Assembly: GCA_965662845.1 (NCBI GenBank)
Contig: CBFIJD010000038.1
Span: 8,046-28,121, forward strand
Origin: an uncultured bacterium
Lineage (GTDB): Bacteria > SAR324 > NAC60-12
DNA: 20,076 nucleotides
Reading direction: 5' to 3'
In this document: piece after piece, positions 1 to 7,839 of the stretch
How positions within the stretch are numbered: the stretch's first letter is position 1
How the letters are laid out: each line of letters opens with the position of its first letter
Program-made: the position numbers and the translations under genes
The notes under the pieces: generated by a model
Seen by the model: the letters and a program-made list of their open reading frames with translations, nothing else
Database searches by the model: none
What the model was told of the DNA's origin: nothing

Positions 1-1
1 A

Positions 2-430
2 CGCTCGGTCAAACGATTGGGAGACGTCGGTTGTGGACAGCTGACCAAGATGGTCAACCAGATCTGTGTGGCAGGCGTTGTGCAGTCGCTCTCGGAAGGC
101 TTGCACTTTGCGCAGCAAGCAGGGCTCGACCCGCTGGCCGTGATCGACGTCATCTCCAAAGGCGCCGCGCAGTCCTGGCAAATGGAAAACCGCCACGCCA
201 CGATGGTACGCGATGAGTTCAACCACGGATTCGCCGTCGATTGGATGCGCAAAGACCTCGGCATTGTGCTGCAAGAAGCCCGTAACAACGGAGCGCACTT
301 GCCGATGACCGCCATAATCGACCAGTTTTATTCTGAAGTTCAAGCGATGGGCGGGGGCCGCTGGGACACCTCTAGCCTGATCAAATTGCTCACCCGTTCC
401 GTCAGAGCACACGACCAACGTGACCAATAG
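2..430 (+). CDS. NAD(P)-dependent beta-hydroxyacid dehydrogenase (3-hydroxyisobutyrate dehydrogenase / tartronate semialdehyde reductase family), 5'-truncated by the window edge
   Basis: Frame is open from base 2 (RSVKRLGDVG...). It carries family motifs G-x-GQLTKMVNQ (catalytic Lys), SEGLHFA..AGLD, GAAQSW and FAVDWMRKDL. Stop TAG at 428-430. Confidence 0.9.
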   Translation, partial: RSVKRLGDVGCGQLTKMVNQICVAGVVQSLSEGLHFAQQAGLDPLAVIDVISKGAAQSWQMENRHATMVRDEFNHGFAVDWMRKDLGIVLQEARNNGAHLPMTAIIDQFYSEVQAMGGGRWDTSSLIKLLTRSVRAHDQRDQ

Positions 431-1400
431 CCCACTTCCTCCTCCAAGTCGTTTTGTGTTGTTCTGGCGCCAAAACGGCGCGTATGTGCTGCTCGGCGCC
501 TTCAGTTTAGGCATTCTGCTCTATGTTGGCCGCTATGACCAAGCGTGGACGCTCTGGCTGCGCGAACACCGAGACCCAACCTTTGGGGAGTGGATGGGGC
601 GCACAATGTTTGAGGGTTCGTTGCCTGGCGCGAGCGACCCCTCAATCGTCTTCATTCTCGCCTGTTTTTTTCTCTATTTCCGGTCTTACTCTGCCAACGC
701 CTCGCCTCGGCTGATGGAGTGGCGCCCTTTCCTAGGGTTCTTCACCACCGCGACGTTGGCGGGTGGGCTGGGCTTTGTGCACTGTCTGAAGTGGATCATT
801 GGACGCGCGCGCCCTAAGTTGGTGTGGTCGGAGAAGATGCCTTACACCGAGTGGTATGAGTTTGGCCCCCACTACATCGCCGAAGGCATCTATCGCGGCA
901 GCTTCCCCAGCGGACACACGGCGGCCGTGCTCATTCCCCTGCTGCTCTCGCTGATTTGGCTCACAGACTACAAATACCGCAAACCCGTCCTCGCGGTGGT
1001 GTGGGGAGCCCTCTTTCTGCTCAACGGCGTCGCGATGGGCGTGGCGCGCGCCATGACCGGGCATCACTGGATTAGCGACTGTCTTGGCGTGTTCGGGCCC
1101 CTCTTTCTGATCGTGTGGTGGCTGTATTACGACCTGCTGAAAGTCCCTCAGCAGCGCGCCTACTATCGGCGCAACGGCCACAACCCCGACCTGCCGAAAT
1201 ATTGGGAGATGAAATTCAGCGGCTACGGTTTCTTTGTCGTGCTGGGGCTCATTTTGTGGTTCTGGGGCTTGCGCTCTGTGCAAATGCAAGAGACGCCGTA
1301 CCTCTTAGTACTTGCCCCCATTGGAGCGATTATGATTACTTGGGCCTATCGCAAGATGACTCAGATGTACTCAGGACTTTTTGATTGGATGCACGGCTGA
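420..1400 (+). CDS. PAP2-family integral membrane phosphatase
   Basis: All three PAP2 motifs are present: KWIIGRARP, SFPSGH and ARAMTGHHWISD. Several hydrophobic segments. GTG start overlaps the upstream stop by 11 nt. Confidence 0.88.
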   Translation: MTNSPLPPPSRFVLFWRQNGAYVLLGAFSLGILLYVGRYDQAWTLWLREHRDPTFGEWMGRTMFEGSLPGASDPSIVFILACFFLYFRSYSANASPRLMEWRPFLGFFTTATLAGGLGFVHCLKWIIGRARPKLVWSEKMPYTEWYEFGPHYIAEGIYRGSFPSGHTAAVLIPLLLSLIWLTDYKYRKPVLAVVWGALFLLNGVAMGVARAMTGHHWISDCLGVFGPLFLIVWWLYYDLLKVPQQRAYYRRNGHNPDLPKYWEMKFSGYGFFVVLGLILWFWGLRSVQMQETPYLLVLAPIGAIMITWAYRKMTQMYSGLFDWMHG

Positions 1401-1572
1401 GCCTCTTGTCGTGCGGCAACGGCAGCGGTGCTGCTGAAACGACGTGTTCGCGCAGCCCGCGTCCTCCCGTTGGCTTGTGACGAACATTCTGCACCGTCTC
1501 TCAGCGTCGTGTCTCCCAACGCGCTCCACACGATCCCGACAACGCTCGGCTCACCTTTCTCTAAATTTCCCC

Positions 1573-4239
1573 ATGTCTCTACTCCGCTGGCGCTCCGCGC
1601 GCACCTCTGTGTTTTTGCTGCTCTTGATCACCTTGAGCGCCTGTCAACTTGGCCCGGCTCCGCTCCGCGTCCCTGAGAACCCCGAGCCGTCGCCTACTCC
1701 GCTCTTGGCTGAGGTGTTCATGCGCGTACAGCTGGACTACCTCGAAGTCGAAAAACTTGACGAATCTGAGCTGCTCTCGCAGGCGCTGTTGTCGCTAGAA
1801 CGCAGCATCCCTGAGCTCCGGGTGCAACTGCCGCCCGAACATGAAGGCGACCACTTCCGCGTTCTGCTCTATGAACAACCACTCGCGACGCTCGCTCCGC
1901 CTGCCACGCTCCGCGCGCTCCTCAACGAACTACAACCCCTGCTGCTGAATCTGAACCAGCGGCTGCCGGATTACTCTGTGCGCCATCTGGAACAAGTCGC
2001 GCTGCTTGGCCTGATGCCGGCGCTCGATCAACACTCGGTGGTGTTGCCTCCCACGAATTACGCGGAGTTCAACGAGAACACGCAAGGACGCTTCGCCGGC
2101 GTTGGGATTGTGGTCGGGATGCGCGATGAGCAGCTGACGATTTTATCCGTCATGGAAGACGGCCCCGCGCAACAAGCCGGGCTCGCCACAGACGACCGCG
2201 TCTTGCGCATTGACGGTGAAGAGACGAGCGGCATGAGCCTGAACGCGATTGTGCAGCGGCTGCGCGGCCCCATCGGCACTTCCATCGAACTGGACCTCGC
2301 CCGAGACAACACCGAGCTGACCGTCACCCTCCAACGCGCCGACATCGAAGTCCCGAGCACTGCCACGCTCGACCTGCCGTTGGGAGAAGAGGCCGCATCC
2401 GGCAAGCTGCGCTATGTGCGCCTGCGGATGTTCCAAGCCAACACGTCGCAAGATTTAGAAGAGCACCTCGCCGACCTCGAAGACGTGCGCGGGTTGATTC
2501 TAGACATGCGCGGCAACCCCGGCGGGTTGCTCCGTGAAGCCATCCGAGTCAGCGACCTGTTCCTGCCGCCCAACAAACGGATCGTCTCAACACAGACCAA
2601 CAGTGACCTCGACGGCTTCGACTCCCATCAGCTCCTGCTACCGAGCGCGCTACAAGAGATCCCGCTGGTGATTTTGGTGAACGCTGAGAGCGCATCTGCC
2701 TCCGAAATTGTGAGCGCTGCGCTACAGGCGCATCAGCGAGCCATCGTGGTCGGAGAGCCCACCTTTGGCAAAGGCACAGTGCAGTCGGTCTGGCCTGTTG
2801 TGGATGACTTCGGCCTCAAACTCACCATCGCGCGCTATCTCACACCAGAGAACCGCTCCATCCAAGATGTGGGCGTGACGCCGAACTTGCGCCTCGATCC
2901 CCTGCGCTTTTCACCAGAAACCGTCCGCTTGCGCTCGCTGCAACAAGAGCCGCAGGACGGTGCGCTGGTGCTGCACTACCTCCGGATGCCGCAAGACGCG
3001 ATGGTCCTCGACGAGCTGCCGCTCAACGAAGACGTCTTGGCACAGGATGACTTTGTGCGCGTCGCGCAGACCTTGCTGGAGCAGCGCACGACCGATGAAC
3101 CGCTCTCACAGACGCTGCAGCGCCTGCACCCTCAACTGCAACGCGAGGCCGAAGCCGAGATTTTGCGGCAACTACGACAGCAAGCAGACTTAGATTGGGC
3201 GCTGAGCGCCCCCTCCACAGCAGACCACCAGCTGGAGCTACAGCTGATTACCGAGCAGCAAAACACCGAAGGAATGTGGGAAGAAGTGCTCTCGCCCTTG
3301 CGCCCCAAGCGTCCTTTGCGATTGCGTGTGCAAGCGCTCAACGCAGGAGACACCACGCTCGAACGGCTGCTGGTGACCACAGAGAGCCCCCAAGCGTGGT
3401 TGAACCACCTAGAGTTTCCCTTTGGCCGCTTGGCGCCTGGCGAATCAGAGAGTTGGACTCACTTGCTGCCGCTAGATGAGAAGACTCCTCCCTTTTGGTT
3501 GCCCGTGACGTTCCGCGCCTTCGCTGGGGCGGATCAAGAACTCCTCACACGCCACGTTCGTTGGTCGCTGGAACCCGAGCCTGTCGCCAAGCTGCAAATG
3601 GAGTTGGCGTTTCGCGACAATGGCGACTTCCACAGTCAAGGGAACGGCGACGGTATCCCTCAGGCCACAGAGACCATCGCGTTGCCGTTTCGCCTAACGT
3701 GGCAAGGCTCCGACACACCAGAGCAATTGATTGTGATCGCGGCGAGCACAGAAGATCGGCTGGAGTGGTTGCGAGATCGCGTGGAGTTTGACGAGGTGCG
3801 GGCTGGAGAGGAGATCGAGGATCATTTGTTGGTTCGTCTGCCTCCAGCCTTGGCAGACACAGGCCGCTGGCAGATCGTGATCTTTTCCCAGCGCAGCGAT
3901 CAGCCGCTGTGGCGCTATCAATGGGATGGCGACGAAGCCCCTCACTCTCCGCTGGTCGGACCGACCGTTGAGCCGGCCTTTGTCTTTCAAGCAGACATCC
4001 TCTCGACGTATAGCACTGAGCGGATTTGGCAGCTGCAAGCCCACGACGCCGAGGGGCTGCGCGACGCCTTCTGGTTCGTGAACCAACGTCAGCAAGCCTA
4101 CCTGCCGCTGAACGGCGTGCCAACCTCGGCACTCTCAGTCGCGACCGAATTGGAGAAAGGACAAAATGAAATTGAGTTGTTTGTGCGCGATCGCTTTGGG
4201 CTCGCGACCCGACTGCGTTGGTTTGTGTGGCGGGAGTGA
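1573..4239 (+). CDS. S41 carboxyl-terminal processing protease, long deltaproteobacterial (MXAN_5808-like) type; predicted lipoprotein with PDZ domain and C-terminal Ig-like extension
   Basis: PDZ entry FAGVGI; S41 motifs DMRGNPGGLL, SASASE (catalytic Ser) and TFGKG (catalytic Lys). ATG 1573 gives a basic N-region, a hydrophobic core and lipobox LSAC (Cys24 at 1642-1644), so it is preferred over GTG 1444. Confidence 0.88.
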   Translation: MSLLRWRSARTSVFLLLLITLSACQLGPAPLRVPENPEPSPTPLLAEVFMRVQLDYLEVEKLDESELLSQALLSLERSIPELRVQLPPEHEGDHFRVLLYEQPLATLAPPATLRALLNELQPLLLNLNQRLPDYSVRHLEQVALLGLMPALDQHSVVLPPTNYAEFNENTQGRFAGVGIVVGMRDEQLTILSVMEDGPAQQAGLATDDRVLRIDGEETSGMSLNAIVQRLRGPIGTSIELDLARDNTELTVTLQRADIEVPSTATLDLPLGEEAASGKLRYVRLRMFQANTSQDLEEHLADLEDVRGLILDMRGNPGGLLREAIRVSDLFLPPNKRIVSTQTNSDLDGFDSHQLLLPSALQEIPLVILVNAESASASEIVSAALQAHQRAIVVGEPTFGKGTVQSVWPVVDDFGLKLTIARYLTPENRSIQDVGVTPNLRLDPLRFSPETVRLRSLQQEPQDGALVLHYLRMPQDAMVLDELPLNEDVLAQDDFVRVAQTLLEQRTTDEPLSQTLQRLHPQLQREAEAEILRQLRQQADLDWALSAPSTADHQLELQLITEQQNTEGMWEEVLSPLRPKRPLRLRVQALNAGDTTLERLLVTTESPQAWLNHLEFPFGRLAPGESESWTHLLPLDEKTPPFWLPVTFRAFAGADQELLTRHVRWSLEPEPVAKLQMELAFRDNGDFHSQGNGDGIPQATETIALPFRLTWQGSDTPEQLIVIAASTEDRLEWLRDRVEFDEVRAGEEIEDHLLVRLPPALADTGRWQIVIFSQRSDQPLWRYQWDGDEAPHSPLVGPTVEPAFVFQADILSTYSTERIWQLQAHDAEGLRDAFWFVNQRQQAYLPLNGVPTSALSVATELEKGQNEIELFVRDRFGLATRLRWFVWRE

Positions 4240-4434
4240 TCCGCCCAACACCTGCCGCGCGGTCACAGAGCACCGTGACGAGAACGCCCCTCCATCCAGT
4301 AGCAGGGGATCTCGACGCACGGAACTCTCCTCCACTCTTGGGAGGCTTTCAGAGGCTTCTTTCGTGAACAAAAAAGCACAGTTTCCCAGCACCAGACGAA
4401 CGTGTTTGCAGCGCTTGCCCTCGCGATCAATCTC

Positions 4435-4450
4435 AGGTCTGGCGCTTGCA
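4435..4450 (+). promoter_or_regulatory. Weak candidate sigma54 (-24/-12) promoter upstream of the beta-barrel gene
   Basis: AGGTCTG-GCGC-TTGCA has correct GG-N10-GC spacing and a consensus TTGCA -12 element, but a poor -24 element compared with TGGCACG. Confidence 0.25.
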
Positions 4451-4523
4451 TCACAGCCTTTGTTTTGAAAGAGCAACGGATTTGATGTGAGTCCGCCTTG
4501 TCGACTGAAATTCTGAGGAAAAT

Positions 4524-5138
4524 ATGAAGCGCTCCCACTGGATGGCCGCCGCCGCTTTCTCACTTTGTTTCGCCATCACCCCATCCGCTTGGGCAGCAAA
4601 AGACTATGTCACGATTGGCGCTTATCAAATGTCCACGCCCTCTGCGGTGCCGTTCTCAGAGCTGGACGAGGAGGCCACGGGCACAGACTACGCCTATCAA
4701 GATGAAGAGCCGGACGTGCAGCAAATCTACTACCAGCGTGAGATTGAGATCGCGGGCTCGCGCGACGCGCCCCTGTATTTGAACTTCGGGATTGATGGGC
4801 TCTGGATGTCTACAGAGCAGATTTATCTCTCTGGCTTGGGCGGGCATGCCGGATTGCGTTACGGTCGCCGCGTTACGCTTGAGCTGGGCTTGGAAGGGGG
4901 GACGGTGCGAGGGACGCTTGCTGGCGAGCGTGATGACGGCACTCAGCGGTTTGAACGCCTGACCGGCAGCTATCTCAATCCTTATTATCTGAAGATTGGC
5001 GTGGAAGGCGAGTTTGACCGAGTGTCTATCCGCGCGTTCTACATTCAAAAGAAGTTCAACTTCTCGGTGTCTCCTGAGTTTCCGAGCGATGATCTGAGCT
5101 ACTATGGCGGCGGTTTCGCGTTGGGCTTCCCTTTCTAA
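4524..5138 (+). CDS. Hypothetical exported protein, probable small outer-membrane beta-barrel
   Basis: SD-like GAGG upstream of ATG. Signal peptide ending AWA-A. Alternating hydrophobic/polar strands (LYLNFGIDGLW, GHAGLRY, VTLELGLEGG, YYLKIGVEGEF, VSIRAFYIQ). Ends GGGFALGFPF with a terminal Phe, resembling a BAM beta-signal. Confidence 0.65.
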   Translation: MKRSHWMAAAAFSLCFAITPSAWAAKDYVTIGAYQMSTPSAVPFSELDEEATGTDYAYQDEEPDVQQIYYQREIEIAGSRDAPLYLNFGIDGLWMSTEQIYLSGLGGHAGLRYGRRVTLELGLEGGTVRGTLAGERDDGTQRFERLTGSYLNPYYLKIGVEGEFDRVSIRAFYIQKKFNFSVSPEFPSDDLSYYGGGFALGFPF

Positions 5139-5142
5139 CGCA

Positions 5143-6774
5143 TCAGGGCCTGTTCGCAGGCTCTCTCGCCTCCTCTTCGCTCTCTTCCTCTTCGCGCTTT
5201 TTCCGCAGCAGCATCCCCAAGCCCACATCCAGCAAACACCACGCTTGCAATCCCCACAAGACCTCTTGGTCAATGTAAGGCCAAGCCGCGACGTCTTGCG
5301 GCAGGGCGACCTCGATCACGCCTTGCGCGCGCGTGTTCCAAGCCGCGCTTGCGAGCACACGACCTTGGGCATCGGTGAACACCGATTCGCCAGAGTTGGA
5401 GACTCGGAGCAAGGGGAGCCCGCTCTCCACGCTCCGGCTCTGGGCCAGCGCCCGATGCCACTGGGCCATCCGTTCTGGGAACCAGCCGTCATTGGTGGGA
5501 TTCCAGATCAGCTGGGCTTGTTGCTGCACGCCTTCCCGATGAAAGGCCGGAGAGGCGATCTCGTAGCAAATCAACGGGAGCACCTTCACCTTGGAGGTCA
5601 CCGGGAAGAGGACCGCTTCTTCTCCTGCCAGATATCGACGCGCGTGCGGGAACCACTCGCGCAATGCGGGGAATTCCTCTTCCCAAGGCAGCTCTTCTCC
5701 AAAAGGTACCAGTTGGCGCTTGGCATATTGTCCCCGCAACACTCCCGACGCCGCAATCCAGTGCGCTTCGTTGCGATAGGCGAAGCCCTCGCCGCGGATT
5801 TGTTGGGGGACATCGACGGTGCCTGAAACCAGCAACAGCGGCACTTGCCAGGTTTGCACAGCGCTCCGAATTTTCAGCTGCTGGTCAGCATAATCGATCC
5901 ACGACAAGGGAAACGGGACTTCGGGCCAGACGAGCAGCGCAAGGGCCGGAGAGCTTTGTATCAATGAGTCTGTTTGTGAGAGCAGTTGATCGAGTGGATC
6001 TGCCGTCGACGCGGCCTTGTCCGTGAGCAACGTGCTGAAGTTGGGTTGCACCCAGCCGACGCGCAGCCTCTCCGTCGGAGGGCTCGGTTCTGCGAGTTGA
6101 GACTTGCCAAAGCTCCAAACGCCAAGGGGAATCAGCCCGGCGGTCACGATTTCAATAAGAGGAGGGCGCCGCCTCCGAAGCGCTCGTAAGATTCCGTGGG
6201 CAAGCAACCAGTTGCTCCACACCATCAACCAATGCAGCAACAGGCTCCCTCCCCACGGGAACAGCTGCACCCACTCTGGTTGCAGGGCCTGTGAGTGCGC
6301 TAAGTGCACTGGGAACACCGCTGGGATCGAGTCCACTAGCACCGCCCAGAGCAACGCGGTTCGCATCGCCCCCGCTGGTTTATGAAACCACGGCAACCGA
6401 GCGTGCAACCCACCAAAGAGGGCGTATGGCACGGCGGAGAGCACACAAAATCCCCACCAGCCCCAGCTTGCCCACTCTGGGGACGTCGCGAGCAGCTGCT
6501 CTAGCGTGGTTGGGAGACCGGCGGTTTGTGAACTCCACAAGATCGTTCCATACAACAGCCCCAGCGCGGCAGCGACAGTCGGAGAGCTTCTGTGCAGCGC
6601 CAGCGCCAGCGGAACGAGCGCAATCCACGCGATCAGGTGCGAGAAGGAGAAGACCGAGGAGGGAGCCGCGAGATCAACGAGAAATCCCGAGGCAAGGACG
6701 CCCAACACGCGCAGCGCCAACCACGCGCCTTGTTGAGCGACACGACTTATTGCTGAGCGGCTTGACGGACCCAT
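5143..6774 (-). CDS. lnt: Apolipoprotein N-acyltransferase
   Basis: N-terminal multi-TM region including AWIALVPL; nitrilase-fold motifs VQPN, WPE, YAKRQLVPFGE, PLICYE, NDGWF, RSVESG and NSGES. The start is uncertain: ATG 6774 overlaps the upstream gene by 28 nt, and downstream TTG/GTG starts are possible. Confidence 0.92.
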   Translation of the reverse strand: MGPSSRSAISRVAQQGAWLALRVLGVLASGFLVDLAAPSSVFSFSHLIAWIALVPLALALHRSSPTVAAALGLLYGTILWSSQTAGLPTTLEQLLATSPEWASWGWWGFCVLSAVPYALFGGLHARLPWFHKPAGAMRTALLWAVLVDSIPAVFPVHLAHSQALQPEWVQLFPWGGSLLLHWLMVWSNWLLAHGILRALRRRRPPLIEIVTAGLIPLGVWSFGKSQLAEPSPPTERLRVGWVQPNFSTLLTDKAASTADPLDQLLSQTDSLIQSSPALALLVWPEVPFPLSWIDYADQQLKIRSAVQTWQVPLLLVSGTVDVPQQIRGEGFAYRNEAHWIAASGVLRGQYAKRQLVPFGEELPWEEEFPALREWFPHARRYLAGEEAVLFPVTSKVKVLPLICYEIASPAFHREGVQQQAQLIWNPTNDGWFPERMAQWHRALAQSRSVESGLPLLRVSNSGESVFTDAQGRVLASAAWNTRAQGVIEVALPQDVAAWPYIDQEVLWGLQAWCLLDVGLGMLLRKKREEEESEEEAREPANRP

Positions 6775-7253
6775 GTTTCCGCTTCCTGCGCAAGAAAAGC
6801 CTCGAACCGTTCCATGTTCAGAGGACGAATGGTTTGTGCGGCGATGACACGAACCTGGGGATTTGCGTGGTCGATGAAATCCAAGGCGACCTGCTCCACC
6901 TCTGCGGGGTAGGCTTCTGCAAATCCCACGCGCAAGGTTTGTAGTCCTTGTCGGACTAAGGGCAAGGGCTGTTGCTCGCGTTGCACAAAGTTTTGCAGAA
7001 AGGTCAGCACTGCCGTAGTCGGGTAGCGCTCCAACATTCGGAGAGCCCGCTGTCGGTAAAAGTTGGGCAGAGCGCCCTCTTCCGCGATACGCTGCAAGTG
7101 CACGACTTCTCCTGCCCCAAGGGTGGCGAAGTCTTCTGGCGGTTGCCAGTGCCGCCCTTCTAGGCGAGCGAGCACATCGTCATACGACACCGCATAGGCT
7201 GGGCAGGCTCCCAGCAACGCGATGACCAATCCGAGCCAACAAACAAATCTCAT
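6747..7253 (-). CDS. Hypothetical exported protein with HEAT-repeat-like helices (168 aa)
   Basis: ATG 7253 overlaps the upstream stop as ATGA. Signal peptide MRFVCWLGLVIALLGACPAYA. HEAT/PBS-lyase-like segments RQRALRML, HANPQVRVIAAQTI and EAETWVRQAA. Confidence 0.7.
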   Translation of the reverse strand: MRFVCWLGLVIALLGACPAYAVSYDDVLARLEGRHWQPPEDFATLGAGEVVHLQRIAEEGALPNFYRQRALRMLERYPTTAVLTFLQNFVQREQQPLPLVRQGLQTLRVGFAEAYPAEVEQVALDFIDHANPQVRVIAAQTIRPLNMERFEAFLAQEAETWVRQAAQQ

Positions 7254-7816
7254 GCTTTCTTTTCGTTTGGAATTTTGAAGAGGGTGACCTTTGTTTGTCC
7301 TCCTTGCGGAGAGGCGCGGATCACGGTGTTTTCGCCCAGAACCACATCCACCACACACTTGGCGCTGCGGCTGTACTGTGTCGCTTTGTCGCGGACAGAG
7401 GTCATGGCCCGCACCAGACGATTCTGGTTGCTGCGCCATTGCGCCAACGTGGGAGCGTCCAGCAGGAGCTGCGCCGAACACTTACCACCTTGCTCAAAAT
7501 CTGCGCGAACTTTGAGCAACTCTGGATATTCTTTGTGAACCTCTTGCACAAACTTGAGGGCTGGCGTTGGTTTTTGCTCATCTCCCGCTGTGCTCGCTGT
7601 CGGAGCGTTGCCCTCGGCGCCTTCTTGGGAATGATCCCACTGGCCCTCTTTGGGCTTGGCTTCCAGCAGAGGCTTCTCTTCCACAGAGGCTTGCTCTTCT
7701 TCTTCAAAAGAATCTTTGAAGATGTCGGTGTACGTGTTCAAAAGCGCGATAGTCACCAAAACCACCAGCATGCTTCCTGCAATCGCCAAGACTTTCTCTA
7801 AGGTCAAGTGCCGCAT
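7250..7816 (-). CDS. Hypothetical single-pass membrane protein (188 aa)
   Basis: N-terminal TM helix (VLAIAGSMLVVLVTIALL), acidic low-complexity linker and a small C-terminal domain with two Cys. ATGA coupling to the next gene. Confidence 0.72.
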   Translation of the reverse strand: MRHLTLEKVLAIAGSMLVVLVTIALLNTYTDIFKDSFEEEEQASVEEKPLLEAKPKEGQWDHSQEGAEGNAPTASTAGDEQKPTPALKFVQEVHKEYPELLKVRADFEQGGKCSAQLLLDAPTLAQWRSNQNRLVRAMTSVRDKATQYSRSAKCVVDVVLGENTVIRASPQGGQTKVTLFKIPNEKKA

Positions 7817-7839
7817 CTTTCATCTCAACTAGGTTAGGT

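Noticed and set aside
1444..1572. Longer N-terminus for the S41 protease from GTG 1444
   Set aside because: The extra 43 residues are not protein-like and would bury the lipoprotein signal peptide that starts at ATG 1573.
1401..1572. Possible riboswitch or ncRNA in the PAP2-protease spacer
   Set aside because: No recognisable riboswitch consensus or convincing stem by eye. An Rfam scan would be needed to exclude it fully.
4425..4460. TCAGGTCTGG resembling the start of the SRP RNA conserved loop
   Set aside because: It lacks the following GAAGGAAGCAGC core and a long enclosing stem.
5160..5200. Short direct repeats (CCTCTTCGC x2) near the lnt 3' end; GGGGGTTC repeats in rodZ near 17951-17980
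   Set aside because: Explained by low-complexity coding (Glu-rich tail; Pro/Glu/Ala linker). Not CRISPR or mobile-element repeats.
7254..7481. 76-aa N-terminal extension of the HEAT-like ORF in the ORF track
   Set aside because: It overlaps the 7250-7816 gene on the same strand. ATG 7253 gives an ATGA junction and a clean signal peptide.
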